A stretch of DNA of 64,000 bases from NCBI GenBank assembly GCA_013204605.1, contig JABMNI010000029.1, positions 3,069-67,068 on the forward strand, written 5' to 3'. Position 1 is the stretch's first letter. Every line of letters begins with the position of its first letter. This stretch comes from Ignavibacteria bacterium. Lineage in GTDB: Bacteria; Bacteroidota; Ignavibacteria; Kapaibacteriales; Kapaibacteriaceae. The notes beneath the pieces are model-generated. The model was not told the origin of the DNA. It worked only from the letters and a program-made list of their open reading frames with translations, and searched no databases. Below are positions 39,487 to 49,396 of the stretch, one piece after another. Both the position numbers and the translations under genes were made by a program.

Positions 39487-40646
39487 TAGATGTTTTGGTT
39501 CTTGGCGCAGGGGCAGCTGGTCTCTTCTGCGCCTCCGTTGCAGCTAGTAGGGGACTCAAAGTTGTGGTGCTCGAGCACAATAGTAAGTCTGGAAAAAAGA
39601 TCCGCATTAGTGGCGGAGGACGTTGCAACTTTACTAACCATGAAGTTTCGCATAAGAATTTCTTATCGAACAATCCGAATTTCGCAAGGTCTGCATTAGT
39701 CCGTTACCAGCCAAAAAATTTTATTCAACTCGTTGAGAGTTACGGAATTGCTTGGCACGAAAAAACCTTGGGTCAACTGTTTTGCGATAACTCGGCGCAG
39801 CAAATTATCGACATGCTGGAGGCAGAGTGCAACAAGCATGAGGTGCAAATTCAACACAGCGTAGCCGTTTTGTCTGTCACAAAAACTGACGTGTATAGCG
39901 TGAACACAACATCCGGCACGCTTGAGTGCAGGAACGTAGTTGTAGCAACCGGTGGGCTTTCTATACCGCCGCTAGGAGCCACAAACGCCGGGTATTTGAT
40001 TGCCGAGCATTTCAATCTGAACATTATAAAACCTGAGCCTGCGCTCGTGCCGTTACTTTGCAGCAAAGCCTTCATGAAACAGTTCGGGGAACTTGCAGGT
40101 CAGAGTTTTTTAACTCGCGTAACCGTAGGAAACATTTCGTTTCTCGAAAATGTTTTGATTACGCATAGGGGGCTAAGTGGTCCGGCAATTTTGCAGGCTT
40201 CGTTGTATTTGGTTACTAATCAGTCGATTACCATGGACATACTTCCAGCTTATACAATCGATGAGTTATATGAAAAAGTTAGCTTGAGTAAAAAAACAGT
40301 GCGCTCCGTATTGAACGAATATTTACCAAGCAGGTTGATAAGTGCGCTCAACGTGAATACTATCGACAAGCCATGTAATGCCGTTGGCAAGAAGGCGTTT
40401 TTCGAAATCATTGAGAATTTCAAATCGTGGGTTGTGCAACCGGTTGGCAACGAAGGATTTGAAAAGGCCGAGGTAACGCGTGGCGGTGTGAGTACCGATG
40501 AGTTGTCGAGCAAGACGCTGGAATGTAGAGAAGTATCCGGACTATATTTTATTGGCGAAGTGGTGGACGTGACGGGATGGCTGGGAGGCTATAATTTTCA
40601 GTGGGCCTGGAGTTCGGCCATTGCTGCGGGATTGAGCGTCACTTGA
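39483..40646 (+). CDS. HI0933/BaiN-like NAD(P)/FAD-dependent oxidoreductase
   Basis: GAGAAGL, GKKIRISGGGRCNFTN, THRGLSGPAIL, VTRGGV, GGYNFQWAWSS. Confidence 0.93.
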   Translation: MIDVLVLGAGAAGLFCASVAASRGLKVVVLEHNSKSGKKIRISGGGRCNFTNHEVSHKNFLSNNPNFARSALVRYQPKNFIQLVESYGIAWHEKTLGQLFCDNSAQQIIDMLEAECNKHEVQIQHSVAVLSVTKTDVYSVNTTSGTLECRNVVVATGGLSIPPLGATNAGYLIAEHFNLNIIKPEPALVPLLCSKAFMKQFGELAGQSFLTRVTVGNISFLENVLITHRGLSGPAILQASLYLVTNQSITMDILPAYTIDELYEKVSLSKKTVRSVLNEYLPSRLISALNVNTIDKPCNAVGKKAFFEIIENFKSWVVQPVGNEGFEKAEVTRGGVSTDELSSKTLECREVSGLYFIGEVVDVTGWLGGYNFQWAWSSAIAAGLSVT

Positions 40647-40647
40647 C

Positions 40648-43600
40648 TCAGGGTTTGAAGTTCGTCACACCATATTCAATTATCTCTTCAATCTCCGACA
40701 GTTCACTCCGTTCGATGACTAATGTTTGAACTCTGTTATCTGAAGTCGGAGAATTTGCAAACAACAACCTCGCGTGAACGGTATGAACTTCTGCGTACCT
40801 CATAAAAATCAACCAAGAGTAAATCCGCATTTGAATACTGTAGTGACGAACTAACATCGCATATTGCTCAGGCGATGTAATGGTGTTCGTCTTCCAATCC
40901 CACAATTGTGCGGCATTGCCACTAACAAAATACAAATCTGGAAAGCCCCTTACCAAGGTAGATTTGAACGGTGATATTAGTTCATCTTCAACTCGCCAAG
41001 ATGCGATTTCTTGGTTATCAATTGCATCCGCAAATGCGGCGAGTATAATGGTTGAAAGAGTGCTAACAACTTCAGCATCGAGTGTGGTAGTAAAGTTATG
41101 TAACCGTAACACCGATTGGACTGTCGCTTCAATCTCGTCGGACAAAACGGGCTTGCTTCGACGAATCAATTCTGCAATCACCACGTGTGTTAGAGTGCCA
41201 ATACTTTTGCTTCGTATCTGCCCTGACTCGAGATGAGCTTCGCCTGAAAATTGAGTAACATTCTCCGAAATAGTCTCGACCAATTTTGAAACTGAAATTT
41301 CAAATGGAATTTTACTTGATTCAATTGTGTTGCTTAAGTCAACAATGGTGCGCGGGGTAGTTAGAAACAACGAATTGGCGGCTGGACTCATAGGGAGTTC
41401 CACTACAAATCTTTCTAGGGCACTTTCTGAAATACCATTCAGAAGTCCACCAATACCCTTAACAACTGCACTAAATTCTCCACTCTTATTTCTGCGAATG
41501 GTTCTCATAATAATTAAGTGGTCTTGGGCACGCGTTGCGCCTACGTATAATACTCTGCGAGTTTCTGCCAATTCCTTGTCTGCTTGAACTATCGAATTGT
41601 ACTTTGATGTCAGCGTAGATGGAACAGCCGTTCCCTCACCCGTTTCATTAACGGTATATCGAGTTTTCGGCATGGCCAATGAAAAGCCAAAATGCTCGGA
41701 GTATGATAGTGACTTAGCGTTACCGCCAAGTTTGTTAAGATTAGCCATAATCACCACCGGAAACTCCAAACCCTTCGAGGCGTGTATCGTCATCACACGT
41801 ACAGCCTCGGCCACTTCATCTGGCAATCGCTCGGTTTCCCTGTCATTAAATTGCGGTACACTGATAGCCTGTATTACCAACTCCATAGTAAATCCGTACC
41901 GCTCTGTATGCAGCCGAATAATGTCGAGAACTTTTTCAACGTTCGCCATTACGTGAAACGTGTCACCAATTTCATTGTGAATGTCAAACCATCTCGATGT
42001 GGATAGTGCGAGTTGAACAAAATGAGTGATCGGTAAAGTCTTTGAAAGTGCCAACAATCTTCGCAAAGAATCGGTAGCGTGCTGCACCTCATTTGGTAGG
42101 GGGCTATCTGGAGGCAAAGTATTTATTGCGTCCCAATAGGATTGACCCTTCACCGCATAAGCAGCAATGGCAAATACATGCACATCTAACAGACCAAATA
42201 ACGGTGAGCGGAGAATTGAAAGGAGAGCGAAGTTGTTCGAGGTGGAATTGCACCACAACAGCAAATTTCGAATGTCAGCAACTTCAGGACGCGTGAAGAA
42301 GTCGCGTGATCCTTGTGACTCACAAGGGATCCCTGCATTTTTCAACGCCTTGAGTGCGGCGGAAATTCCACTATGATCCCTCACCAAGATTGCTATCTCG
42401 CTAAGCAATGGCGGCCTGAGAAATGCTCCGTCATCAGATTTCGATTCAACCCTATACTGAGACTCGCCAGATACAATTGAAGGAATGAGTTCAGCAATGT
42501 GCTGCATTTCATTCTCTACATCGTTCAATTCTTGGTCGGTATCATCGGCATCAGCGCCTTCGTCGGCATCACCTGCGCCACCACCTGCGCCACCACCTGC
42601 GCCACCACTTGCATCACCACCAGTAGAGTTGTTGCGATCAATATGCACTAAATGAAAAGATCCAAGTTCATTTGAAAACTGCGTGTTTCTGCCGGCAATC
42701 AGAGTTTCGTACTCAACTTCGTATTCACCTGACGATGAAAAAACTAGTCCGAAGAAATAGTTCAACTTGTCTACCAAGGCTGGAGCCATTCGGAACGAAT
42801 GAGGTAGTAAAACCATGCCGTTGTGCTCATGTTTCGAAGCAGCGTTCGCATCCGTAATGAGAGACTCTGTATTCTTAAAAATCCGAATGTCAGCATCACG
42901 AAAGCCATAAATTCCTTGCTTTGCGTCGCCCACGATAAACAGATTTACAGTGCCAACTGATGTGGCAGGGGGTGATGCCGTGAGGTGTTGAACAAAGGAT
43001 TGTTGGATCGGATTGGTGTCTTGAAACTCATCAATCATCAAGTATTTCACCGACCTACGTAATGAGTTGCCGGCTCCCTCACTTTTAAATAAATCTATAG
43101 CATACCACATCATGTCATCGAAATCCATGCCGCCCCCTTCAGACTTTAGCCTACAATACTCCTTACTGCACGCAGATACCACGGTGGCCAAATTGAAGAG
43201 TGTGTTTGCTTGGACTCGTTCGCTCTGAATTAACTCCGGCAGGTTCAACGCTATCAAGGGGAGTAATTCCTTGGGCAAATCCGGCAGTGGAAATTCTTTG
43301 GGCCATGGGTTGGATTTCTTTTTGAACGTTCCAGTCTTGGTATAAAACGCGGATACCGACGACAATACTCCTGTGAGAACTGACAAATCTTGGATGGCGT
43401 TGGGGTTGGTGCTGTTGATGAATTCTGACAATGTGTTTATGGCAGCGTGTAATTCAGAGCTCACAGCGTTACGGTACAAGGTCATTTCGCAGCTGAGTTC
43501 CCAAAGCAAAGACCGAGCATCAACTACTTGCATGGCGGCCGCTTCTTGCAGGAAATGATCTGACAAGGCAATCACATCTGAATCAGTTTTACAATGTAGT

Positions 43601-44193
43601 AGGTCGGTAAATATCGATACTGTGTCTCTCGAAGCTATGATGTTGCGAAGTGTAGTTTGAAGAGTATCGATATCGAAGAAATCGTACAGCTCTAAAAATC
43701 GATTTCGCGAAGTTGTGTCACTATTGAGCAATCGTTGCACAACGATTCTGATTGCCTCATGGCGCAATTGGTCGGCCTCCCTCTCTTCTATGTCTCTAAT
43801 ATCAAGAGGCAGATCAAGGTCGAATGCGTAGTCGCGAATGATACCAGCGCACAGCGAGTGGAAGGTGCTTATGCGAGATGTGCCAAGCTCGGCCTGCGCC
43901 GTTCGCAGCCGTGATACAACTGTATTGCGTGAAACGTCGGCAAGCCCAACTACATCAGCACGTCCGTGCAGAACGTCGTTGATCAGCTCATAAATACGAC
44001 GCCGCATTTCGGCCGCTGCCTTAGTTGTAAACGTTATGCAAACAATTTCAGAAATCGAAGCCTGACCCGAGGCAATGAGTCGAATTACCCGATGCGCTAA
44101 AATTGTTGTCTTTCCCGAGCCGGCATTTGCCCGAACCGAAAGATTGCACGGGAGCGTTAACGCGTCAACTTGTTGATCAGTAAAATGCGTCAC
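40648..44193 (-). CDS. addA: UvrD/AddA-type helicase with C-terminal RecB-family nuclease
   Basis: ANAGSGKT, TFTTKAA.EM, IDEFQDTN, VGDAKQGIYGFR, TIHASKGLEF, LYVGATRA; nuclease GFPDL...WDWKT. Confidence 0.8.
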   Translation of the reverse strand: MTHFTDQQVDALTLPCNLSVRANAGSGKTTILAHRVIRLIASGQASISEIVCITFTTKAAAEMRRRIYELINDVLHGRADVVGLADVSRNTVVSRLRTAQAELGTSRISTFHSLCAGIIRDYAFDLDLPLDIRDIEEREADQLRHEAIRIVVQRLLNSDTTSRNRFLELYDFFDIDTLQTTLRNIIASRDTVSIFTDLLHCKTDSDVIALSDHFLQEAAAMQVVDARSLLWELSCEMTLYRNAVSSELHAAINTLSEFINSTNPNAIQDLSVLTGVLSSVSAFYTKTGTFKKKSNPWPKEFPLPDLPKELLPLIALNLPELIQSERVQANTLFNLATVVSACSKEYCRLKSEGGGMDFDDMMWYAIDLFKSEGAGNSLRRSVKYLMIDEFQDTNPIQQSFVQHLTASPPATSVGTVNLFIVGDAKQGIYGFRDADIRIFKNTESLITDANAASKHEHNGMVLLPHSFRMAPALVDKLNYFFGLVFSSSGEYEVEYETLIAGRNTQFSNELGSFHLVHIDRNNSTGGDASGGAGGGAGGGAGDADEGADADDTDQELNDVENEMQHIAELIPSIVSGESQYRVESKSDDGAFLRPPLLSEIAILVRDHSGISAALKALKNAGIPCESQGSRDFFTRPEVADIRNLLLWCNSTSNNFALLSILRSPLFGLLDVHVFAIAAYAVKGQSYWDAINTLPPDSPLPNEVQHATDSLRRLLALSKTLPITHFVQLALSTSRWFDIHNEIGDTFHVMANVEKVLDIIRLHTERYGFTMELVIQAISVPQFNDRETERLPDEVAEAVRVMTIHASKGLEFPVVIMANLNKLGGNAKSLSYSEHFGFSLAMPKTRYTVNETGEGTAVPSTLTSKYNSIVQADKELAETRRVLYVGATRAQDHLIIMRTIRRNKSGEFSAVVKGIGGLLNGISESALERFVVELPMSPAANSLFLTTPRTIVDLSNTIESSKIPFEISVSKLVETISENVTQFSGEAHLESGQIRSKSIGTLTHVVIAELIRRSKPVLSDEIEATVQSVLRLHNFTTTLDAEVVSTLSTIILAAFADAIDNQEIASWRVEDELISPFKSTLVRGFPDLYFVSGNAAQLWDWKTNTITSPEQYAMLVRHYSIQMRIYSWLIFMRYAEVHTVHARLLFANSPTSDNRVQTLVIERSELSEIEEIIEYGVTNFKP
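42571..42618. repeat. 12-bp in-frame tandem repeat (3 perfect + 1 degenerate copy)
   Basis: ACCTGCGCCACC x3, then ACTTGCATCACC; encodes GGAG repeats in the helicase. Confidence 0.9.
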
Positions 44194-44195
44194 AA

Positions 44196-45467
44196 TTACT
44201 CCTCACTTTTGCCAGGGACTATCACGCACTTGCTCCAAGAATCCGAACGTAAAATCTTTCGCGCAATTTCATTCACCTCTTCTAGCGTCACCTTGTCTGC
44301 GGCATGAATGAATTTGTACGGGTCTTCAGGTTTTCCATCTTCAAGTACTCCACGACCTAGCATAGACAACCGAGCTGAGAGCGACTCCAGACTCATAATT
44401 TTTCCGGCGCGCAGTTGCTCCTTAGCCCTTACCAGTTCTGTTCTGGTCACCCCGTTCATCGCTAACCGATTCAACTCCTGCTCAATCATCAACTGAGCCT
44501 TGCCAGCCGAGGCTACCTCGGTACCTGCATACACGGAGAAAATCCCACAGTCAGAAAACGTTTGCAGTTGGGAATAGATGTTGTAAGCTAGACCCTTGCC
44601 CTCTCGAATTCTTACGTTAAGACGAGACATCATTCCGTCGCCCAAAATAATATTCAGCAACATCAACTTAGAATTCGACCTCGACCTAAAACCGCTTGTT
44701 TGAGTATGCCATGCAATGTGAGTTTGTTGCAATGGCTTGTGAAAAATTAACTCAGATGGTTTCAACCGTTTTGGCGACAACCTCTTAACGTGTTTATTGG
44801 ACCGAGGCAAGCCGGAGAACAATTTTTCAGTAAGCTCTATCAACTCTTGCGGTTGCACGTTTCCTGAAGCGCATACCACAATGTTAGAGGCATTGTAGTG
44901 GGCTTTGTGGAATTTTTGCAGAGAAGTAGAACTGATTCTTGAAACAGACTTTAGCGTACCAACAATTGGAAGTCCCAATGGATGTGCGTTAAAAATCTGC
45001 TGCTCAGCCGCATCCAGTATGAACTCCTCGGCTTCATCCTCATAGCTTCTAATTTCTTCAGAAATAATTAGTCGTTCCTTTTCAACATCGGCAGCGTCGA
45101 AAACAGGATTAATAATCACATCAGCTAGTGTGGCAAAAACTTTGGGAACACTTTGCCTCAGCGCCCTAACGTAGTAGCTAGTTTCTTCTTTGGTAGTATA
45201 CGCGTTTGCATAGGCACCAACATTTTCGAACTCTCTCGCAATTGCTTTCGAATTTTTTGTCGTGGTCCGTCGGAACGATGTATGTTCAACAAAATGGGCT
45301 GTTCCACCAAGCCCCTTAGGATCATCACGAGTACCTGTACCCACAAACACCCCCACTGCGCAGGAGTCTACCGACGTCACAGTGTCGCAAACCACTCTCA
45401 CGCCATTTGCTAGTTCGTGGACCTTTGGATTGTACGTAGACCGATTATTTTGTACTGATTTTTGCAT
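44196..45467 (-). CDS. M16 family zinc peptidase
   Basis: Inverted zinc motif HFVEH, NAYTTKEET, G.GMMSRL...REGKGLAYNI. Confidence 0.92.
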   Translation of the reverse strand: MQKSVQNNRSTYNPKVHELANGVRVVCDTVTSVDSCAVGVFVGTGTRDDPKGLGGTAHFVEHTSFRRTTTKNSKAIAREFENVGAYANAYTTKEETSYYVRALRQSVPKVFATLADVIINPVFDAADVEKERLIISEEIRSYEDEAEEFILDAAEQQIFNAHPLGLPIVGTLKSVSRISSTSLQKFHKAHYNASNIVVCASGNVQPQELIELTEKLFSGLPRSNKHVKRLSPKRLKPSELIFHKPLQQTHIAWHTQTSGFRSRSNSKLMLLNIILGDGMMSRLNVRIREGKGLAYNIYSQLQTFSDCGIFSVYAGTEVASAGKAQLMIEQELNRLAMNGVTRTELVRAKEQLRAGKIMSLESLSARLSMLGRGVLEDGKPEDPYKFIHAADKVTLEEVNEIARKILRSDSWSKCVIVPGKSEE

Positions 45468-45563
45468 AAGCTCCTAAACTACGGCATTCGATGCACGATG
45501 TGCTGTATATTCGAACGAAAGAATGCGGCCTATAAATGGATGAAAGGATGTTAGGATAGCCTG

Positions 45564-46835
45564 ATGAATCGACTTACTCGCATACTATTGTCGTTTGACA
45601 ATTTGATGATCACGGCGCTCACCTGCGGGGTGATTGCGCTTTTCTACTTCGTCCCCGGCAATTTCGATTTTCTAAATCCAATTACGCAGGCCATCGGCGA
45701 CGTAGATCTTACCGACATGGTATTCTCGAAATTCCGAGACGAATCCAAGGTTAAGGCCGATACCAATATTGTGCTGGTGAATATTGGATATGCAAACAGA
45801 TCGGAAATCGCAGAGATTATTCGAAAGGTGCAAGGGGCTTCCCCAGCCGTAATTGGAGTGGATGCATTTTTTAGAGCACCCAAGGATTCGCTTATGGACT
45901 CTGAGCTAGCATCTGCAATGTCTGATTGTGAAAAATTGGTGCTAGTTAGCAAAGCCGCATTTGCTTCGGAGTCGTTTGAGGGTACAACAGATGCGTGGGC
46001 TGAAAGTTCAGTTGATGCCTCGGCTGAGTTCGACACACTAGAAACCAGCAATCCGATGTTTATGCAAAACGCCTCGACAGGATTTGCCAATTTCATTATC
46101 GACCAAGGCGCATCATTTATGACGTGCAGAGAAGTGTCGTTTCAGGAGCAGGTAAAATCGAAAACTGAACCATCGTTTGCGTTAAGAATAGCAGACGTAT
46201 TCAAACCCGAAGCAGCAGGTATGGCGCGGCTTAGGGGTGATAGACGAGAGATAATAAACTACTGCGGAAATATAGGTTCGTTTTACAGTGTGGACGTTGA
46301 TCAAATAATGGAATCAGATTTCGACGCTGGCTTTATGAGTGGTAAGATTGTTTTGCTAGGCTTTATGGGACCTACTCTTTCGCAGCGATCATTCGATGAC
46401 AACTTTTACACCCCACTCAATGAGCGATACGCCGGCAGGTCATATCCGGATATGTATGGTGTGGTTATTCACGCAAACATCGTGTCGATGATATTGTCTG
46501 GCAACTACATCGATGGCATGTCTACGAACTCAAGTTTGATTCTTGGGTTCATCGTTCTCGTCCTCAACGTTATGTTGTTCACGTACATCTTTACGAATTA
46601 CAATGAGTGGTACGATATGGTGGCCGTTGTTATACAGCTTTCACAGTCGGTAATCATTTTATTTCTGATTGTTTTCGTATTCGATAAGTTCGATTACAAA
46701 CTTGCCCTAACGCCCGCGCTAGTTGGCGTTGCATTGCTTGGAACCATGCATGATTTGTATCAGGATTCAATGAAAAAAGTTATCCTAATGTTTATCGCTA
46801 GAGTGAAAAACCGAAAGAAACCCGCATCTTCGTAA
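45564..46835 (+). CDS. Stand-alone CHASE2 membrane sensor without a cytoplasmic output domain
   Basis: N-terminal TM, IVLVNI...VIGVDAFF, GKIVLLG...DDNFYTP...MYGVVIHANIVS, three TM helices, then only a ~25-aa basic tail. Confidence 0.8.
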   Translation: MNRLTRILLSFDNLMITALTCGVIALFYFVPGNFDFLNPITQAIGDVDLTDMVFSKFRDESKVKADTNIVLVNIGYANRSEIAEIIRKVQGASPAVIGVDAFFRAPKDSLMDSELASAMSDCEKLVLVSKAAFASESFEGTTDAWAESSVDASAEFDTLETSNPMFMQNASTGFANFIIDQGASFMTCREVSFQEQVKSKTEPSFALRIADVFKPEAAGMARLRGDRREIINYCGNIGSFYSVDVDQIMESDFDAGFMSGKIVLLGFMGPTLSQRSFDDNFYTPLNERYAGRSYPDMYGVVIHANIVSMILSGNYIDGMSTNSSLILGFIVLVLNVMLFTYIFTNYNEWYDMVAVVIQLSQSVIILFLIVFVFDKFDYKLALTPALVGVALLGTMHDLYQDSMKKVILMFIARVKNRKKPASS

Positions 46836-46888
46836 TCACACCATCGTACTAAACCAAGATTTGTTGACATTAACGAGTCGAGCACACT

Positions 46889-47929
46889 ATGAATAAATAC
46901 AAAACCATTGTATTTGCAGCCATAACGTCAGTTTTCCTTTTGGCAACCCATGGAGTTTTCTCTCAAGAGAAGTTCAAAGTGCTAGCGGCACGGGGAAGTA
47001 TAACGGCATCCTCGGGACAAAAAATTAGGGTAGGTACAAAGCTCAAAACTTCCGATAAGTTAACAATTGGAAAAGGGGCTTATCTGAGTCTTGCACACAT
47101 TAATGGTAGAACTTTTGAGTTGAAAAAGGATGGACAGTATAAGGTGTCAGACCTCGATGCAACAGCCGTGAAGAAGTCGAAGAGTGCTTCAAGCAAGTAC
47201 GCTAGTTACATTGTAGATGAGCTAACAGAGGTCCAGGAACCTGTGGCTGTTTCTGAAAACCGACGTGCGTACATGCGCACTACAGGCGCAGTGGAACGGG
47301 CGGTAGGGGATGAAGTAAGCGTTGCAGACTCTGCTTTAAAAATGGTGGGAGCACCGGATGAATTGTTTGGATTGGCCTTAGTTCAGAAGTCTGACATCGC
47401 AAATGGTTCAACCTCAATGATTTTCATGCCGCGAAATGCTCGCGTACTGCCTGGCCCCCTACAATTCATGTGGTATAAAGTGAAGGGTGCTGGATTGTAC
47501 ACGTTGGAGATCCGCGATAGGTTGAACAATGTGGTTGTTTCCAAAAAGATAGCTGATACCATTTTCGTGACGAGCAACACCGAGTTGAAGCTGCAAGCAG
47601 CGTCGCTTTATTATTGGACGGTTACTGCAGACAATGTGCCGGACAAGCCGTCAGATGAGACTGCGGTATATGTGGTAGATGATGCGCATGCAAAAGATGT
47701 GAGCACTATAGCGGCGGATATTCGGAGTGATTTTGAAGATGGTGATCAAGCTGTAATGCATTTAGTGTTGGCTTCGATGTACGAAGAATATGGATTAACG
47801 AACTCAGCGCATGAAGAGTACCAGTCAGCAATGAAGACTTCGCCGAACGTTTGGAATTATAAGACTCTCTATTCAGAATTTTTAAAGCGGCACGGTCTAC
47901 CATTTGCCGCGTACACAGCTTTATGGTGA
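46889..47929 (+). CDS. Secreted protein, FecR-like N-terminus / DUF928-like Ig domain / TPR-like C-terminus
   Basis: Signal peptide, TGAVER motif, LQFMWYKV.GA..Y.LEI.D, C-terminal LASMYEEYGL..SA..EY..A.. Confidence 0.5.
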   Translation: MNKYKTIVFAAITSVFLLATHGVFSQEKFKVLAARGSITASSGQKIRVGTKLKTSDKLTIGKGAYLSLAHINGRTFELKKDGQYKVSDLDATAVKKSKSASSKYASYIVDELTEVQEPVAVSENRRAYMRTTGAVERAVGDEVSVADSALKMVGAPDELFGLALVQKSDIANGSTSMIFMPRNARVLPGPLQFMWYKVKGAGLYTLEIRDRLNNVVVSKKIADTIFVTSNTELKLQAASLYYWTVTADNVPDKPSDETAVYVVDDAHAKDVSTIAADIRSDFEDGDQAVMHLVLASMYEEYGLTNSAHEEYQSAMKTSPNVWNYKTLYSEFLKRHGLPFAAYTALW

Positions 47930-47933
47930 ACAC

Positions 47934-48374
47934 ATGACAGATGCCCAACTGTGGCTTGTAACAGCCATCATTCTTTTTATCCTAGAAATTGTTACCCCGG
48001 GGTTCGTGTTAGCGAATTTCGGTGTTGCATCCATTGCTGCGGCAACTGCGGCATGGCTTGGTGGTGATTTGACAGTTCAAGTAATTGTATTTGTGATAAC
48101 CTGCGTAGTTAGTTTTTTCACTGTACGCCCAATTTTACACAAAATGTTGTACAAAGGGAAGGATACCACTGTACCCACGGGTACTGATGCGATAGTTGGA
48201 AGGATAGCCAGAGTTACAGAAAGGATCCCTGCGTCTCCCGAGGCCGGTCGAGTGCAGGTTGATGGCGATAGTTGGCGGGCTTTGAGTGCAGATGGTCAAC
48301 CGGTAGAAACTGACAAAACTGTTAGGATAATGCGTGTTGACTCTACAAATGTAATCGTGAAAATTGTTGAATAA
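47934..48374 (+). CDS. NfeD/YbbJ-like membrane protein
   Basis: WL..AIILFILEI..PGF, G...IVGRIARV, GRVQVDGDSWRA. ATG 47934 preferred. Confidence 0.88.
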   Translation: MTDAQLWLVTAIILFILEIVTPGFVLANFGVASIAAATAAWLGGDLTVQVIVFVITCVVSFFTVRPILHKMLYKGKDTTVPTGTDAIVGRIARVTERIPASPEAGRVQVDGDSWRALSADGQPVETDKTVRIMRVDSTNVIVKIVE

Positions 48375-48394
48375 ATATTATTGAAGGGTTGAAA

Positions 48395-49369
48395 ATGGAG
48401 TATGTACTAGGCTTTTTAGTGCTATTTGTTGTAATCATTCTGATAAAGGGTATTCGTGTTATCCAGCAGGCTGAGACGATGCTTATTGAGCGTTTGGGAA
48501 GGTATCATCGAACCTTGACCAGCGGAATTAACATTATTATACCGTTCGTCGATAAACCTCGACCGATAGATTGGAGATATGTTCGGACGGATCCTTCCGG
48601 TAAGAACCATTATGCTATAACTCGCACTCAGCGGATTGACCTGCGCGAGACGGTGTACGACTTCCCTCGCCAAAGTGTGATTACTAGTGATAACGTTTCA
48701 ATTGAGATTAATGCTTTGTTGTTCTTTCAAGTTGTTGATCCCATGAAGGCGTTGTATGAGATTTCAAATCTACCGGATGCAATCCAAAAGTTAACGCAGA
48801 CAACATTGCGTAATGTGATTGGCGATTTGGAGTTGGATCAAACGCTTACATCTCGCGATACTATTAATACGAAGCTGAGATTGATCCTAGATGAAGCCAC
48901 TCATAAATGGGGCGTGAAGGTCAATCGAGTTGAGTTGCAAGACATTATTCCGCCACGCGATATTCTTGATGCGATGGAAAAGCAAATGCGTGCTGAGCGT
49001 GACAGACGAGCCACGATTTTAACGGCCGACGCTAGCAAGCAAGCAGCCGTGCTGGAATCAGAAGGTCTGCGTGAAGCCGAGATAAACAGAGCCGAAGGTG
49101 AAAAACGCTCGAAAATTCTTGTGGCAGAAGGTCAAGCCGAAGCTAGAATGCGCGTCGCTAACGCCGAAGCAGAGGCGTTGAAGGCAGTAGCACTTGCCGT
49201 AGCGTCTACCAACGGCGATCCGTCCCAGTACCTCATTGCCATGCGATACGTGGAAGCGTTGAAGGAAATGACAACGGGCGCAAACAAAACTATCTTCATG
49301 CCATTCGAGGCAAGTGGCCTAATGGGCTCTCTAGGTTCGCTCAAGGAGCTATGGCAAACGATCAAATAG
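48395..49369 (+). CDS. SPFH/band-7 protein (QmcA/stomatin-like)
   Basis: IERLGRY, QTTLRNVIG, SRDTIN..L...LDEAT..WGVKV.RVE, QM.AER.RRA. Confidence 0.93.
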   Translation: MEYVLGFLVLFVVIILIKGIRVIQQAETMLIERLGRYHRTLTSGINIIIPFVDKPRPIDWRYVRTDPSGKNHYAITRTQRIDLRETVYDFPRQSVITSDNVSIEINALLFFQVVDPMKALYEISNLPDAIQKLTQTTLRNVIGDLELDQTLTSRDTINTKLRLILDEATHKWGVKVNRVELQDIIPPRDILDAMEKQMRAERDRRATILTADASKQAAVLESEGLREAEINRAEGEKRSKILVAEGQAEARMRVANAEAEALKAVALAVASTNGDPSQYLIAMRYVEALKEMTTGANKTIFMPFEASGLMGSLGSLKELWQTIK

Positions 49370-49396
49370 TCAGTTTGGCTAGTCCCCTTTAACATT

